Shown: positions 51,159 to 63,552 of the stretch, in pieces
How positions within the stretch are numbered: position 1 is the first letter of the stretch
How the letters are laid out: every line of letters starts with the position of its first letter
Origin: Selaginella moellendorffii
Taxonomy: Eukaryota; Plantae; Lycopodiophyta
Reading direction: 5' to 3'
Assembly (NCBI RefSeq): GCF_000143415.4
Contig: NW_003314277.1
Span: 1,392,493-1,456,492 of the forward strand
DNA: 64,000 nucleotides
The notes under the pieces: model-generated
Databases searched by the model: none
Seen by the model: only the letters and a program-made list of their open reading frames with translations
Told to the model about the DNA's origin: nothing
Made by a program: the position numbers and the translations under genes

Positions 51159-53585
51159 ATGGTGGATAGTGCTTCTCGACCAGGCGGAGGGATTCGCCTC
51201 TATGATCGCGCCCAAGAACAGGGACGGCGGCCCACTACCAGCGTCGTGATCGCAGCGCTCCAGGAGTGTGGGAGATCGAAAGACCTGGCAGTGGGGAGGC
51301 GAATTCACGCGGGCATTGCTCAGATCGGCCTCGACGCCACGGATGTTTACATCGCCAACACGCTCATCGCAATGTACTCCAAATGCGGGAGTTTGGTCGA
51401 TGCGCGCGCGGTCTTCGATCGATTGGATCACCGCCGCACGGCTGTCTCATGGAACACGTTGATCCAGGGCTATGTCGACGCCAATCTCGGCGACATAGCG
51501 CTGGATCTCTTCGATCGCATGGATTGCGCGCCGGGGATTGTGTCCTACCTCGCGGCTGCCAGGGCGTGCGCCAGCGCCGCCGCCAGGGAGGAACCGCAAG
51601 AAATCGATGGAAATATCGTCAGAGCTCATTCCCTACGGAGCGGCAGAGAGATCCATCGCCGGGCCTGGCGAGAGGGCCACCGATCCAGCAGATTCCTCGC
51701 GAATTCGCTGCTCACGATGTACGCCAAATGCGGGAGCTTGATCGATGCTCGAGCGGTGTTTGACGAGATTGCAAGCGCGGGAGAGATTGTGGCGTGGAAC
51801 GCGATGATCTTCGGCTATGGCGAGGCCGGCCATGGCGCTGAGGCGCTGCGATTGTTCTCCACGATGCAGCAGGAGGGATTCGTCCCGGACAAGGTCACGT
51901 TCCTGGCTGCGATCAAAGCTTGCTCTTCCTCGCTTCGATCAGGGCCAAAGCTCCAGTGGTTCTTGCTACGAGGTCGCGCGATCCATTCCATGGTCGCCAC
52001 GCTTGGCTATGGCCGCGATGTGGTCATCTCGAATGCCCTGATTTCTATGTACTCGCGCTGTGGCAGCGTTGCCGATGCCCGCCGAGTCTTCGATCAAATC
52101 GATTCTCCCAGTCTCGTGTCTTGGAATTCGATCATCGCGGCCTATGCCGATGCCAGCGATGGAGCCATGGCGCTGGAATTTCTCTCGAGGATGGAGGAGA
52201 GTGGCTGCGATCCCGACAGCGTCACATTCCTCGCAGCTCTCAAGGCTTGCTCGACCCCGATCGAAGAACAAGGAAGAGATCTTCTCGAGAAGGGGCGAGC
52301 TCTTCACACGGCGCTTGCGAGCCGGGGATTCCATCGCGATCCCTTCGTTGCCAATGCGCTGGTAACGATGTACTCACGGCGCGGCAGCCTGGGCGACGCT
52401 CGATCGGTGTTTGAGACGATCGAGAAGCCCTCGATCGTGTCCTGGAACGCGATCATCCAGGGTTACGTGGAGAGTGGCGACGCAGCGGTGGCGCTGGATC
52501 TGTTCTCTCAGATGCCACATTCGATCGATCCGGACGCTGTGACCTTCTTGGCGGCAATCAAGGCGTGTTCTTCCCTGGCCGCGCAAGAACAAGGGCAAAA
52601 TCTCGGCGGCACGCCAGTGAAGATCCAGAGCCTGGCCAGGGGGAGAGAGATCCATCGACGGGCCACCGCAAAGAATGTAGAACGCGAGATTGCAGTGGCG
52701 AATTCCTTCGTTGCGATGTATGCGAGATGTGGATCCATGGCCGATGCTCGCAGTGTGTTCGATCGAATGGAGGCGCGATCGCGCACCGCTGTCTCGTGGA
52801 CAGCGCTCATGGCAGGATACAACGATGCCGGCGAGCCCGATCGAGCGCTGGAGTGCTTCGAGCGCATGATCCAGGAGGATCGGTGCAATCCGGATGGAGT
52901 GGCGCTCGCGGCAGTGATCAAGGCGTGTGGGAGCTTGGGCGCGCTAGAGATCGGCCGGAAGATCCACTCACAGTTCTCCTCCATGGTATCCCCCAAGAAC
53001 CCTAACAACGAACTCTCGATACTGGCCAATTCCATTGTGGATTTCTATGGCAAATGCGGGAGCATGGACGAGGCACGCGCGGCGTTTGATTCGATCGAGA
53101 GCGCGCGCAGGGACGTCGTGACCTGGAACTGTCTCATCGCGGGCTACAGCCGCGCCGGCGATTTCCAGCAAGCTTTTGATCTCCTGGAGAGGATGATGCA
53201 AGGGGAGGAGCGATTGCGGCCCAATGGCGTGACGATTCTCAGCATCCTCAGCGTGTGCGCTCGCGCCGGGCTGGTGGATCGAGGGCGAGAGGTGTTCTCC
53301 CGCGCCGCCAGCTCTGGCTATGGCAGCGGCGTGGCGCTGCGGCTGGAGCATTACACCGTGATGGTGGATCTACTGGGGCGGAGCAATCAGCTGGAAGAGG
53401 CGGTGGGATTGATCCGGGGCATGCCGTGGGAGGCCAATGCCAAGATCTGGATGACGCTGCTGGATGCGTGCGCGAAGTGGAGGAATCCGGGGATCGCAAA
53501 GCTCGCCTTCGACTCCGTCATAGAGATCGATCGAAACAACGCTGCCGCTCACGTTCTCATCGCTAGCATCTGCGAGTCTGTGTAA
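51159..53585 (+). CDS. PLS-class pentatricopeptide repeat protein ending in an E-type extension, no DYW domain (probable organellar RNA-editing factor)
   Basis: Repeated ANxLxxMYxKCGSLxDARxVFD / VSWNxxIxGY / PDxVTFLAAxKAC triplets. Ends LEHYTVMVDLLGR...MPWEANAKIWMTLLDAC...AAHVLIASI. Intronless. First ATG at 51159. Confidence 0.96.
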   Translation: MVDSASRPGGGIRLYDRAQEQGRRPTTSVVIAALQECGRSKDLAVGRRIHAGIAQIGLDATDVYIANTLIAMYSKCGSLVDARAVFDRLDHRRTAVSWNTLIQGYVDANLGDIALDLFDRMDCAPGIVSYLAAARACASAAAREEPQEIDGNIVRAHSLRSGREIHRRAWREGHRSSRFLANSLLTMYAKCGSLIDARAVFDEIASAGEIVAWNAMIFGYGEAGHGAEALRLFSTMQQEGFVPDKVTFLAAIKACSSSLRSGPKLQWFLLRGRAIHSMVATLGYGRDVVISNALISMYSRCGSVADARRVFDQIDSPSLVSWNSIIAAYADASDGAMALEFLSRMEESGCDPDSVTFLAALKACSTPIEEQGRDLLEKGRALHTALASRGFHRDPFVANALVTMYSRRGSLGDARSVFETIEKPSIVSWNAIIQGYVESGDAAVALDLFSQMPHSIDPDAVTFLAAIKACSSLAAQEQGQNLGGTPVKIQSLARGREIHRRATAKNVEREIAVANSFVAMYARCGSMADARSVFDRMEARSRTAVSWTALMAGYNDAGEPDRALECFERMIQEDRCNPDGVALAAVIKACGSLGALEIGRKIHSQFSSMVSPKNPNNELSILANSIVDFYGKCGSMDEARAAFDSIESARRDVVTWNCLIAGYSRAGDFQQAFDLLERMMQGEERLRPNGVTILSILSVCARAGLVDRGREVFSRAASSGYGSGVALRLEHYTVMVDLLGRSNQLEEAVGLIRGMPWEANAKIWMTLLDACAKWRNPGIAKLAFDSVIEIDRNNAAAHVLIASICESV

Positions 53586-54008
53586 TAGAAATGGTTTTCC
53601 AAAAAATATGAATTCTTGTTTTAACTTGAATGATAGATGGCATGAATGCTATTTAGAATTATCTTTGCCATGTTGTTTGCATTTTTCTAGTCCTCACACT
53701 CCTTTTCACACTTCCTTGAGTTAGTCGTGCTGATGTTTGCTACTTGTATAGTGTATTTTTACGTGCCAGCCTCCATAAACATTTGTCTTTGTTGAGATGC
53801 ATTCATTTCAGATGCAAATTGTTACTATGGTCTTCATTTTGATCTCATTGTTTCGGTGAGAGTATATCTCTACATCTTTGAGCCATAAGGTGCTACTATG
53901 TTGATTTTTTACAGGTACTATACACTTTGTAGTCTGATTGCGTATAGTCTTACTTGCAACTCATTTTCATGTTTGAGCCTCCTGTTCTCTTTTGCCACAT
54001 CAAAACTT

Positions 54009-54700
54009 GTGTGGCAAAGGAAACAAGAAAATATAGTAGGACTGGAAACGACAGTGTGACTAAGGGCCAAGTTCATAGGCCCAAAGTATTAGCAAGCAAA
54101 AATTTATAAGTGTAGGGAATTTCATCTTGCATGTGTGAACATGAATTTCATTTAAACATATTTATTTCAATCTAAAATAAAATCATTTATAAACATCAAT
54201 TTCATCATGATCATAAATTTAGTTTCACATTACCCAGGTTATAATTGAAACATAGTGATATTTTGTTTTGTTTCTTTTTATTTGATATCCAAAAATTTAT
54301 TTTGCCTCACTTCTTATTAATTTCAATTTCAGTACTATAGTTCTAAATAGCTACAGATGATTTCAAGAGTCTAATCAACATTTTCAACTATGATCATAAG
54401 TATTTTTCTCTAAAACTTTCACATCCGAAGCCATAATTTTTAACCTTTTTAAATTATCATGTGAAAGTTCTATTGAAAATCTCTAGAACATCACAAGAGG
54501 AAAATCAAACACTTAACTTTGCTAGAGCTAACCTGAGACAAGGGACAAGTCATAAGCTATAAACCAAACCAAAGAATAAGCCTTTTATACACTTATAAAA
54601 TTTTGCTTATTGTAAAGTGGGGCCATGACTAATACATATGAACTCTTGGCCACACTATCTTTTCTTGCTTTACCATATTTACTTGTCTCTTTTGCCACAC
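54009..54700. mobile_element. MITE-like non-autonomous element with ~65-bp degenerate terminal inverted repeats
   Basis: gtgtggcaaaggaaacaagaaaatatagta...gttcata (54009-54076) vs reverse complement of tatgaac...taccatatttacttgtctcttttgccacac (54638-54700). AT-rich non-coding interior. Confidence 0.6.
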
Positions 54701-57700
54701 TTTACAAGAAGCAAAAGAGAATGAAATTTAATAAAAAGCTATGTTTGAACTCCTTCCAGTAGCTTTGTTTAGCAAATTATATATTTTATCACCAATTGTG
54801 CTCCCTTTGTACCAAAACTTGTGTAGTGCATATTATTTCTCTCCCTTTAAACCAACTAAAAAAGGGGAAATTGCTTGATGAGAGAGCCCTTAGTGATTAT
54901 TTTATCCTCATTTATCCCTTAAGGTTTTAAGGATGCACGGTAATAGTATATCCAAATCTTATCCCATGATCACATGCACTACAACTTGTTTTTTATATCT
55001 AAGCCAAAGACCAAAATTTTTAGGTTGATTTAAAGACTTGAGCTGTCTTGCGTTTCACGCTCAAAACAATTAAAACAATCAAGATTTGATTGGGCTCTTG
55101 CCTTACTTAACAAGAATTTAGTTATGATGTCCCTAAAAGTTTTGGTTGATGCTTTCGCATGTGTAAGATCTTTGATAGAAAAAAAAAAGGATAAGTTTTG
55201 TGGGGAATGCTTATTATCAATAGAAAGTTTTCTTTTAATTTCTTATAAAAGGATTCACAACATGGCATATCATTGGACAGAAAAACCTTCTTTCTTGGTA
55301 TATTCTTCATTTAGATTTAAATATGGAGTGTAAACTCAATTGCGTATAGGGGCTCAATTTGGAATTAGTTCGTGTTCAAGAGTATTATATAGATCTTCCA
55401 TTTGCAATAAGATTTTGGAAACTCCCACTTTATATTCAAATATGTAGTTTCATTTTTATATATATTCTATGAAATCTATACCAATGAGATGAATCCTCTT
55501 GCTAGAGAAGCCTTCTAGAAGATTGCCCAAAAATAAAATAGCAAGAGCAAACAAATGCAAAAATGATTTTGAAGTGAAATATTTACTTAAGCTCCCGTTC
55601 TTTAGGCTTGAAAATTATTTTTAGGAAGTTTTCTATGGTTGTTTTTTTTTATTCTTTTGAGTTTATGCAAGTTCCAAATATTAATATATTCCTTAAACCT
55701 TGTAGAGAATTTTGAAATGAAAACCTTTAAGAAGTTGTGCAAGTTCAATATGTTGCACAGATAAAATATGTCCTCCATCTCAAGCTTCTGAAGAAATTAC
55801 TTGTAAAACCACTTATATACAAAGAACAAAGATAAAGTAGAAAAAAAAACTAATAAAAATAACAATGGACTTTATCTTGTTCATAGTTCTTACGAAAGAG
55901 TGTTCATTTTCCTAAATGTTGTCTATATCCTTTCAATTAATAGAGACTTTTGTTAGATTTGAATTGGAGAAGTGAACTTTCAATCTGGGGAGTATCAAAC
56001 ATAGCATTCTAAATTGTTTTATAGCTCTAGCATATATTTCATAGACAATGTTGCCCCTCATTTTTGTACACAACTCTACAGCTATGATAAAAATGTAAAA
56101 AATTGTTAATTATTGCGTGAACCCAAAGGTGTAAACTTCCACGAATCTAAAAATAATGTAAGCTATAAAATCTAAAGAATCTATAAATGAAATATAGAAC
56201 TTGTGCATGCATAGGATTGTATTAATAGCTTGCCAAAAGCACATTTTATAATGTGTAGGAACAATAGTTTCCAATCACACATTTTAGTTGCCAACCTCAA
56301 TCCCTACTCATCTAAGCAAATTATAAACATTCTTCACTCCCCACTTTGCTCCCCCTACTTCCAAGGGCATGAGCTCCTACAAGTTAGTTGTTATTTTTTA
56401 CTCATCCTTCATGACAAATACTCCATGCCATCTATAACTTTGCAACACAGTGTGATGTGTAGTCCCAAGAGCCTTAGTGATCTATTTTATGCTCTAATTT
56501 TGTAGTAAATAGTGTCTCACAAATTCAAGTAGCTTCTTCTTAGTTTTCAACCCATTCAAAGAAGCAAAATAAAGAACATCAATAAAATTAACTTTGCTAT
56601 CTTGACAACACTCCCACTTTGTTTATTATCCCAAATGGTTATTAAATTGCTATTACAATCCTTTGACCCTAAGCTACTGTTATAGAGCTGTGTGAACTAC
56701 CTTCTATATTAGACATACCAAGATATAAGTGTCAGCAAATGCGCCCCATTGTGGAAAATGAAGCTATAGGAAGGCACTGGCATTGGCGTTAGTGCAAACA
56801 CCAACATTGGCAATGCTCCTCACTACTTGTCCTGTTGTCTATGGAAAAAAAAACTACTAAAAGAATGGGCAGTTGCTTGTAGTGACTTTTAGTCCTTAAT
56901 CACCATCACTCTACAATTTTCATAGTCTCTTTTTCCTCCATTCTCTAAAGAGATGGATGTAGCACTACGCCTTATTTAATAGAATAATGGTTAGCATCTT
57001 AGAAAACACCACTCATGCTTTCTAGAACACCAAACCAAGATATCACCATGTGTCATCAAAGGGATTTATTGTAGAATAAGTCCCAAAAGGTAGTAAAGTA
57101 AGAATAATAGGTTGATTTTGAAATTTTCCCTCATAAAATAGCTCTAGAATTTGAATTGCTCACCTTTAAATCAATTATCACCTCAAAACTACTCACTTTT
57201 TTTCTAGTTCATTTCTATTTATCTGCAATTACCAACATTATGTTAACAAGCTGTCCAAGCCTATTACTGCCAGTAAAATGGCAACTTAGTATAAGCTTGG
57301 ATGAAACACATAGTGATATTATAGGTATATGTTCTCATAACATATGCAACCTATGATTGTTATCAGATATAATATTTTTTGACAAACAATTACTACATCC
57401 AAAATCCACCACTATTACTACATCTGATGGAGATGGAGAAGCAAAGGAGGAGAAAGAAATAGCAACACTTTGAATTTCCCATAACCAAGCACCATAGTGA
57501 GATCAATTATAAGTGCATTGAGTAGCAATAATGCTTTCCTATATAGCCACCTCACTCCCAAACCACTCCTGCGTAGCTTGAGCAACTTCTTGGGTGGGTG
57601 GAGTGCATCCTCTTTGCCTTTGTTTTTATTATTTTATATAAATATTCTAATTATCCTACCAAAGGTGTATTCCCACAAAAAGTATGAGTGAATGGTCTCC

Positions 57701-57823
57701 AATATAAAAATTACTTTGTCATTTCCATTATTGAACAAAAATATTCATATTAAAATATAGAAAATAACAAATTCTATAGTACTTTAAAAGACCTCAAAAT
57801 TACATCTATCAATAGATATAGTA

Positions 57824-58645
57824 ATGAATTCTCTTTATATTATATTGTGTTGTCTTCCAATATATGTTATAGCTAAACCAAAGTTTGGAAGACTTGGAAT
57901 TCTAAATCTTCAAGATATAGCTAAAGTAGCTACAATATTTGGAAAATTAATATCAAAATTAAATAAAGAAGATCAATATTCTGCTGAATTTTCAGATGGT
58001 GAGCTAATTAGTACTTCTGCAGGAGTAATAGATTTAAGAATCAAAGTAATATATGAATGTTCAAATGAAGAAACTTTTAGAGGTAGTAGTTTAGTAGCTG
58101 GTTTTCAAAGGCTTTTCTATCCAAATATTAATGACTTACAACTTAATTGTCCTGCATCATTTGAAAATGAAAATACAGGATATTTTATACAATATAACTT
58201 AATTCAAGAATGGGTTTTTCCTAATAATTTACCAAAAATTTATAATAAAACTCTCACTTTGGTATGTTACCTTAAACAACATACATTATATAATCCACAA
58301 AAACTTTATCAAGATGAGTATTTAATTTCTCCTAATGGAAAAGTTATGTTAATGGTTACATCAAATTGTCAAATTGTTCTTTTCTTCCAAAATAAAAAGA
58401 TATGGGAAACAGAAAGTTTTATAAATTATAATTATATTTGTGTATTGAAACTTCAAAATGATGGTAACCTTGTTTTATATAGTGATAAAAGAGTATTATG
58501 GGCAACTAATAAATATTGTTCAAATCATCCTAATTGTATAATTTCCTCATATTTAACAATTAAAAACGATTGTAGTATAGTAATTTCCTTAGCACATTAT
58601 CCAAACACTATTTGGTGGATATTATATAGAAAGTATTTATGCTAA
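57824..58645 (+). CDS. Secreted protein: unknown N-terminal domain + bulb-type lectin domain, 273 aa, intronless, very AT-rich; paralog of 17640-18533
   Basis: Signal-peptide-like MNSLYIILCCLPIYVIA. LYQDEYLISPNG...KIWET...CVLKLQNDGNLVLY...VLWATN...YLTIKNDCSIVI...IWW. Confidence 0.88.
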   Translation: MNSLYIILCCLPIYVIAKPKFGRLGILNLQDIAKVATIFGKLISKLNKEDQYSAEFSDGELISTSAGVIDLRIKVIYECSNEETFRGSSLVAGFQRLFYPNINDLQLNCPASFENENTGYFIQYNLIQEWVFPNNLPKIYNKTLTLVCYLKQHTLYNPQKLYQDEYLISPNGKVMLMVTSNCQIVLFFQNKKIWETESFINYNYICVLKLQNDGNLVLYSDKRVLWATNKYCSNHPNCIISSYLTIKNDCSIVISLAHYPNTIWWILYRKYLC

Positions 58646-58860
58646 TGTTAGATTAATACATCTATGTTCCAATAGTTTGGAGTTTGTCCATTTACAATCT
58701 ATGCAATTTAAAAATATCAATTGTTTGCTAAGAATTTATTCTATTTATTTTTAAATCAAATAATGAATACCTCTAAAATTCAAAATATTATTATCATTCT
58801 TATGAATTTCACCATAAGACAGAGAGTCTAGAACTTTAAAATGTTTGAATAGTGTTATGA

Positions 58861-58960
58861 NNNNNNNNNNNNNNNNNNNNNNNNNNNNNNNNNNNNNNNN
58901 NNNNNNNNNNNNNNNNNNNNNNNNNNNNNNNNNNNNNNNNNNNNNNNNNNNNNNNNNNNN
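58861..58960. other. Assembly gap (100 N)
   Basis: Run of N. Confidence 1.
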
Positions 58961-59430
58961 GTGCCGAGTTCCTTTTTTGTACTATATATATATAGTACAA
59001 CAAAGATTGTCTTTTATCTAATTTTTTTAAAAATATTTTTTATTATGATATATAGTTTGTTATGATCTGTCCAGTATGCTGGTGCTATCCATGCTTTTGT
59101 ATATATTATATCTTTCATCCATATATGATCTATTAGTTTCTTCTAATGTTTATGTATTTTATCCTTCTTTCTCCATTATTGTTTGAAGTGGTTTTGCTTC
59201 TTCTTTCTGATAGTCAATATTGAAATCTCCTGTTTTTGGTTTCTTATTATCTATTTTTTGTATATAATTTTTATAAACATTTGTATATTTATTCCAGGTT
59301 TTCTATGTAAATTTATTATCTGTAATTGCTTTTTATTTTTTCTAGTGATACAAATGACATTGCCATTGTTTTTGTTTTTAAATGTTCTACTTTTTCTGAT
59401 TTATAGTCATTTGTATGCAATATTGGGTTG

Positions 59431-59433
<3 letters not shown>

Positions 59434-59462
<29 letters not shown>
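59434..59462. repeat. (TA)n microsatellite
   Basis: Direct reading. Confidence 0.9.
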
Positions 59463-59467
<5 letters not shown>

Positions 59468-59999
59468 TATTAAAATATAAATCCTCATGTTTTTGTGTTC
59501 TTACTTCTTTCATACATATTATATTATATCTGATGTTAATAAATTATGAATCACTCTTTATCTTCTTGATGTACAGTAATAGAAGTTTAAATATCTTGCA
59601 CTGCCCTAGAATGTGCACAGAACAAACTTGTCACTCGAGCCATATGGTGTGAAATATCTGTCACCTAGTCTCTAGCTCACCAATCCAAGCCACACTCAAA
59701 ATGCTAGTAAGTAAACAACAAAACACTCTTATACTCTAGAAATGCTATTAAACACAGAATCCCCAAAACACTGCTTCCCAATCTTATCCTTTAGCATGCG
59801 TTGTAATTGTGGTCTAATCCATGTCATGCCCTAACCACCTCATATGAGATCATTCACGAGCTTGTGGAGTACACACTCTTGTAGAAATCAGTTGAAAGTG
59901 TAATTGGTACTCGATGATCACCAAGCTAGAATGATTGATCCCGCAAAATCAAAACAAATAAGGTTTATAAACCCCACATTTTAGGGTTTTGCGGCAGGG

Positions 60000-62112
60000 A
60001 TGGGCATTCCCATCCCCTTCTTCCGGCGTGGCGCTGGATCCGACGCCTCTCCGCCGCAGAGCAGGAGGAAGAAGAAGCCGCCGGCGACGCTGCGCGAGCT
60101 CGCCAACGAGACGATCGAGGAATGGAAGGCGCGGCACCCGATCCATCCCGACGACATGAAGCGCCGGATGGAGCGCTACCGCTGGGAGGTGAGGAACAGG
60201 CCGGATTACACCAAATCTCCTGAGGTGGAAGAGGAGATGGCGCGCGTCAAGGATCCCTTCGCCCACGCCCTCAAGAAGATGAATCCCGAGGAGCGCGAGG
60301 AGGCGCTCAAGATGAAGGAGATTTGGGAGAATAGCTTCGAGTATAAGTTTGAGCAGCGGTGCTTGCAGCTGGAGAAGGAATGGACAGAGCTGGAGATGGA
60401 GAGGAACTCGACTCCGGCGAGAAAGGAGGATACCAAGATGTGGAGATCTTTGCCGCCAGTTCCTGGGCCGAGGGGGATCCCGCTGGTGAGGAAGGCGCTC
60501 AGCGGGGAGAATGAGGCTGCCGGAAGGATCATGGATTTTCTCAAGGAGCACTTGTTTGGGTTGTGGGGGTATCGCCAGCGGCCTTATCCTCCCGATCGTC
60601 CCATCGATGCGCAACAGGCCTTTGGATTCAAGTGGCTCCACAAGCGCTACGCGGACTGTAAGTTCTCGCTCTTCTTTCTCTGCGCTTGCTAGTTTTTCTT
60701 TTTCCTCTTGCTTGCTCTTGTTTTGAGTTCTTTGACCTTGCAAACGTTGAAAGGATCTTTAGTTACTGGATTCGTGATGTATGTCTGGGAGTCGTGTGTG
60801 AGTATTTTTCTGGGAGTCGTGCAAGTGATCTCTCAGTTTCTTTGTTAGATCGTCTCAGCGTTTTGCTTTCTGGAGTTTTTATCATGCGCTTTTCTTCCTT
60901 CTATTCTTACATTTTTTTTCCAGTCACAATGAGATACTTCGTGTTATTTGTATGAGAGTCGTGTGTAAGTGATCTCTAAGTTTCTTTGTTCGAGCATCTC
61001 AGCGTTTTGCTTATTGTGTTGCGAGTTTTTACCATGAATGATGTCCGCTCTTTTTACTCTAACATTTTCTTTTTGGTTTTCCAGTCACAATGAGGTCGGG
61101 AGGATGGTACTATAAGGATCGCCTTGGCAGGACAAGAGGTCCGATGGAGCTTGTCAACATGCAAACTGCATGGGCTGGTGGCCTGATCGACAAGAACACA
61201 TTTATCTGGGGAGAGGATATGGACGAATGGGCTCCAATTGGGATGGTTTATGGTCTCGAACGATGCATCAATCGCTGGGACAGTAAGTTATATCCTCCTT
61301 TTTCGTAGCTTTACATTCATCTTTTATTGGATGCAGTCAAGATGGTTACTCTAGGATTGGCCCTGGTTTACAAGCTGTCTAGAGGCATTCCACTGACTAC
61401 TCCGAGGAAAGGACACGAGCCGAAGACTCTCCAGCAGCTCCAGAACGAGGCTCTCGAGGACCGTGAGCGGCAGAGGGCAGTGCTGAGGCTAAATGGAGGT
61501 GTTTGGCCTGGAGAGCGTGAGCCTACACACACTGTCTTCCTCTGGGCCGGTGGCTCTCAGCTCTCAGACCACTTAAACAGGTTTTCGGAAACAATGCCGG
61601 ACAAATTCATTTCCTACCACATGAGGTGAGCTTTTATTTGATTCGCGCCAAGTACAGTTGAAACGTTTTCTGTTGTCTTGCCACAGGAAGAAACTTATGA
61701 AGCTGTGTCCCGCTCTGCGGCCAAAGGATTTCATCAATATTGAGAAAGTTATGGACGCCTTGACTTACCAGGCTGATTGGTACCGAGAACCTCTAGGAAC
61801 TTTTAACTCGCGACCAGATTTTGAAAAGGAGTGGTTCAAGGCAGTCAAGGTGAGATTTTTCTTCGGCTGTTGATTCTCTCATCGGTTCTTCTTTGTACTC
61901 CAGAATGAGTATCTCCGGACGATCGATGATGTGGAGTACTTCTTTAGCTCCATTGACAAGGCGCCAAATGTGAGGTTTCCAAGGAAACCTGGCGAAAAGC
62001 TCATTGTGGAGCCGAAGAAGAACGAGGGCGATGCTCAAGGTAATCTGGATTAAAAACTTTCCACCTTTTGCCTTCTCGGGAACTCACATAACGCCTTTCT
62101 TGGACAGACTGA
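60000..62112 (+). CDS. TIC56: TIC56 (chloroplast protein with GYF-2 domain); exons ~60000-60657, 61085-61282, 61337-61625, 61687-61849, 61904-62039, 62108-62112
   Basis: WRSLPPVPGPRGIP..., LFGLWGYRQRPYPPDRPID...KWLHKRYAD|FTMRSGGWYYKDRLGRTRGPMEL..MQTAWAGGLIDKNTFIWGEDMDEWAPI; LRLNGGVWPGERxPTHTVFLWAGGS. Phase-compatible GT-AG introns. Confidence 0.92.
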
Positions 62113-62475
62113 TTGATCCATACACAGTGCTGCGAAGGGGGAAGAACAATCCATATCTCCGTCTGGTGTTTTAATGGCGGGAGCTCTTCGACGAAAAACG
62201 GCTTGTGCAAGATCTGGCAGCCCTTTAAATTCTGGATGCGATCGTTACTGGCTGGCTGCATTCCAGATAAGTGGATATCTTTTTTATAATCCTCGTATCA
62301 ATCTGTCTGTTCTTGAGGCAGGCATTCTCCCTTGAAATCCACGAGAGAAAAGAGTGACCTCCCACGATCTTGCAAGAATCAACGGCCTGTGGCCCGCCAC
62401 GTCCGGTGCCACCGCATCGGGACCGTTGGTTTGCTATTTGCTATAGCGGTGGGCACTTGGAAAGGAGGGTCCTTT

Positions 62476-62503
<28 letters not shown>
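62476..62503. repeat. (GA)n microsatellite in the upstream region of the next gene
   Basis: Direct reading. Confidence 0.9.
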
Positions 62504-62506
<3 letters not shown>

Positions 62507-62900
62507 CTCGTCAAGCTTGTGTGAGTTGGGTTATGGTGTCATGGCGCCTTCGTCGGGATTTTGGTGCTTGGTCTGGCCAGTGATCGTCTTCTTGGGCAGG
62601 CCATAGCGCTTGGGCTTTGCTGTGTGTGTGAGTGAGAGAGGGAGTGGTTTTGAGTGGATTGCTCTAGGGCTTTGAAGGTACTGAATTCGCAGGATAGCCG
62701 CATTCCCGAGGGAGCTCGTTTGCCGGAAAGATCCAACACTCAATGGCCGGAGTTGGCTAGTTCACAATGCTGCTGCCATCGAGCTGAGGTAGCTTCTCTG
62801 GTTTTTTTTTTCTTCTTCTAGAAAACAATTTTCCCCTTTCTTTTGGGCTTTCTTGCAGGCTAGTTTCCTCTAAAGCCTCTGGTTTTAGCGACAATTGAGC

Positions 62901-63552
62901 ATGGAGGGGACGAAAAAAGAAGCAAAGCCATCCAAGGACCTTGAAGGAGGTAGAAAAATTGCGCTTTTTCGAGAGGAAAAATTTCGATTTTTTGGTTGGT
63001 GCGTGTCGTTGTTTTTCCAGGCGATCACACTTCGACTGAGCCCGATAGCCCGAGTGATGGCGAAGGGGAGAGCTCGGCACATCCAAAGGATTTTCCGGTA
63101 AAACTTTCGCTTTGAATTAAATAGCTCGCCCACAGCGACACGCTGACGTTGTTTCTTCTTTAACGCAGCAGTCATCTGATGAGGCTAGCAAATGCGCCGT
63201 GGACAAAGCAAACTCTCAAAGTGGAGACGTTGACACAACATCGCCGTCTCCCGGGAAACGCCCTGTAGAGGTTTGTATACTTGTATTCCTCTGCGTTGCG
63301 GGGAACTTTCATATTATTCTTTGCAAGTTTGATACGTTTTTGCCTTCGTCCTTTTGCTCCCAGGGCTATGCTTTCGACAAAGCGCCTCCCCCGATAAAAA
63401 CACGCCGAGAGGGAGCAGCATCGTCGCATGCGTCTTCTCCTCCAGAGCTTTCGCCACCGCCATCGCCCAAGAGAATGCGGGAGCTTGAGCGGAAAGAAGG
63501 AGTGTTTCGTGCAATCGTCCCTCCCAAGCAAGGACTCCAACAAAACCTCTGA
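62901..63552 (+). CDS. Putative spliced gene, unknown acidic/Ser-rich protein; further exon-like blocks continue to the window end
   Basis: Phase-compatible joins MEGTKKEAKPSKDLEG|GDHTSTEPDS...KDFP|QSSDEASKC...KRPVE|GYAFDKAPP...QQNL*. More splice signals at 63590-64000 make the true 3' end uncertain. Confidence 0.4.

Noticed and set aside
54750-57700. Possible transposase remnant upstream of the second lectin gene
   Set aside because: AT-rich and stop-riddled; no diagnostic motif identified by eye.
59949-60743. 264-aa antisense ORF (and similar shadows over TFIIS, trihelix and PPR)
   Set aside because: Antisense or alternative-frame shadows of GC-rich coding exons.
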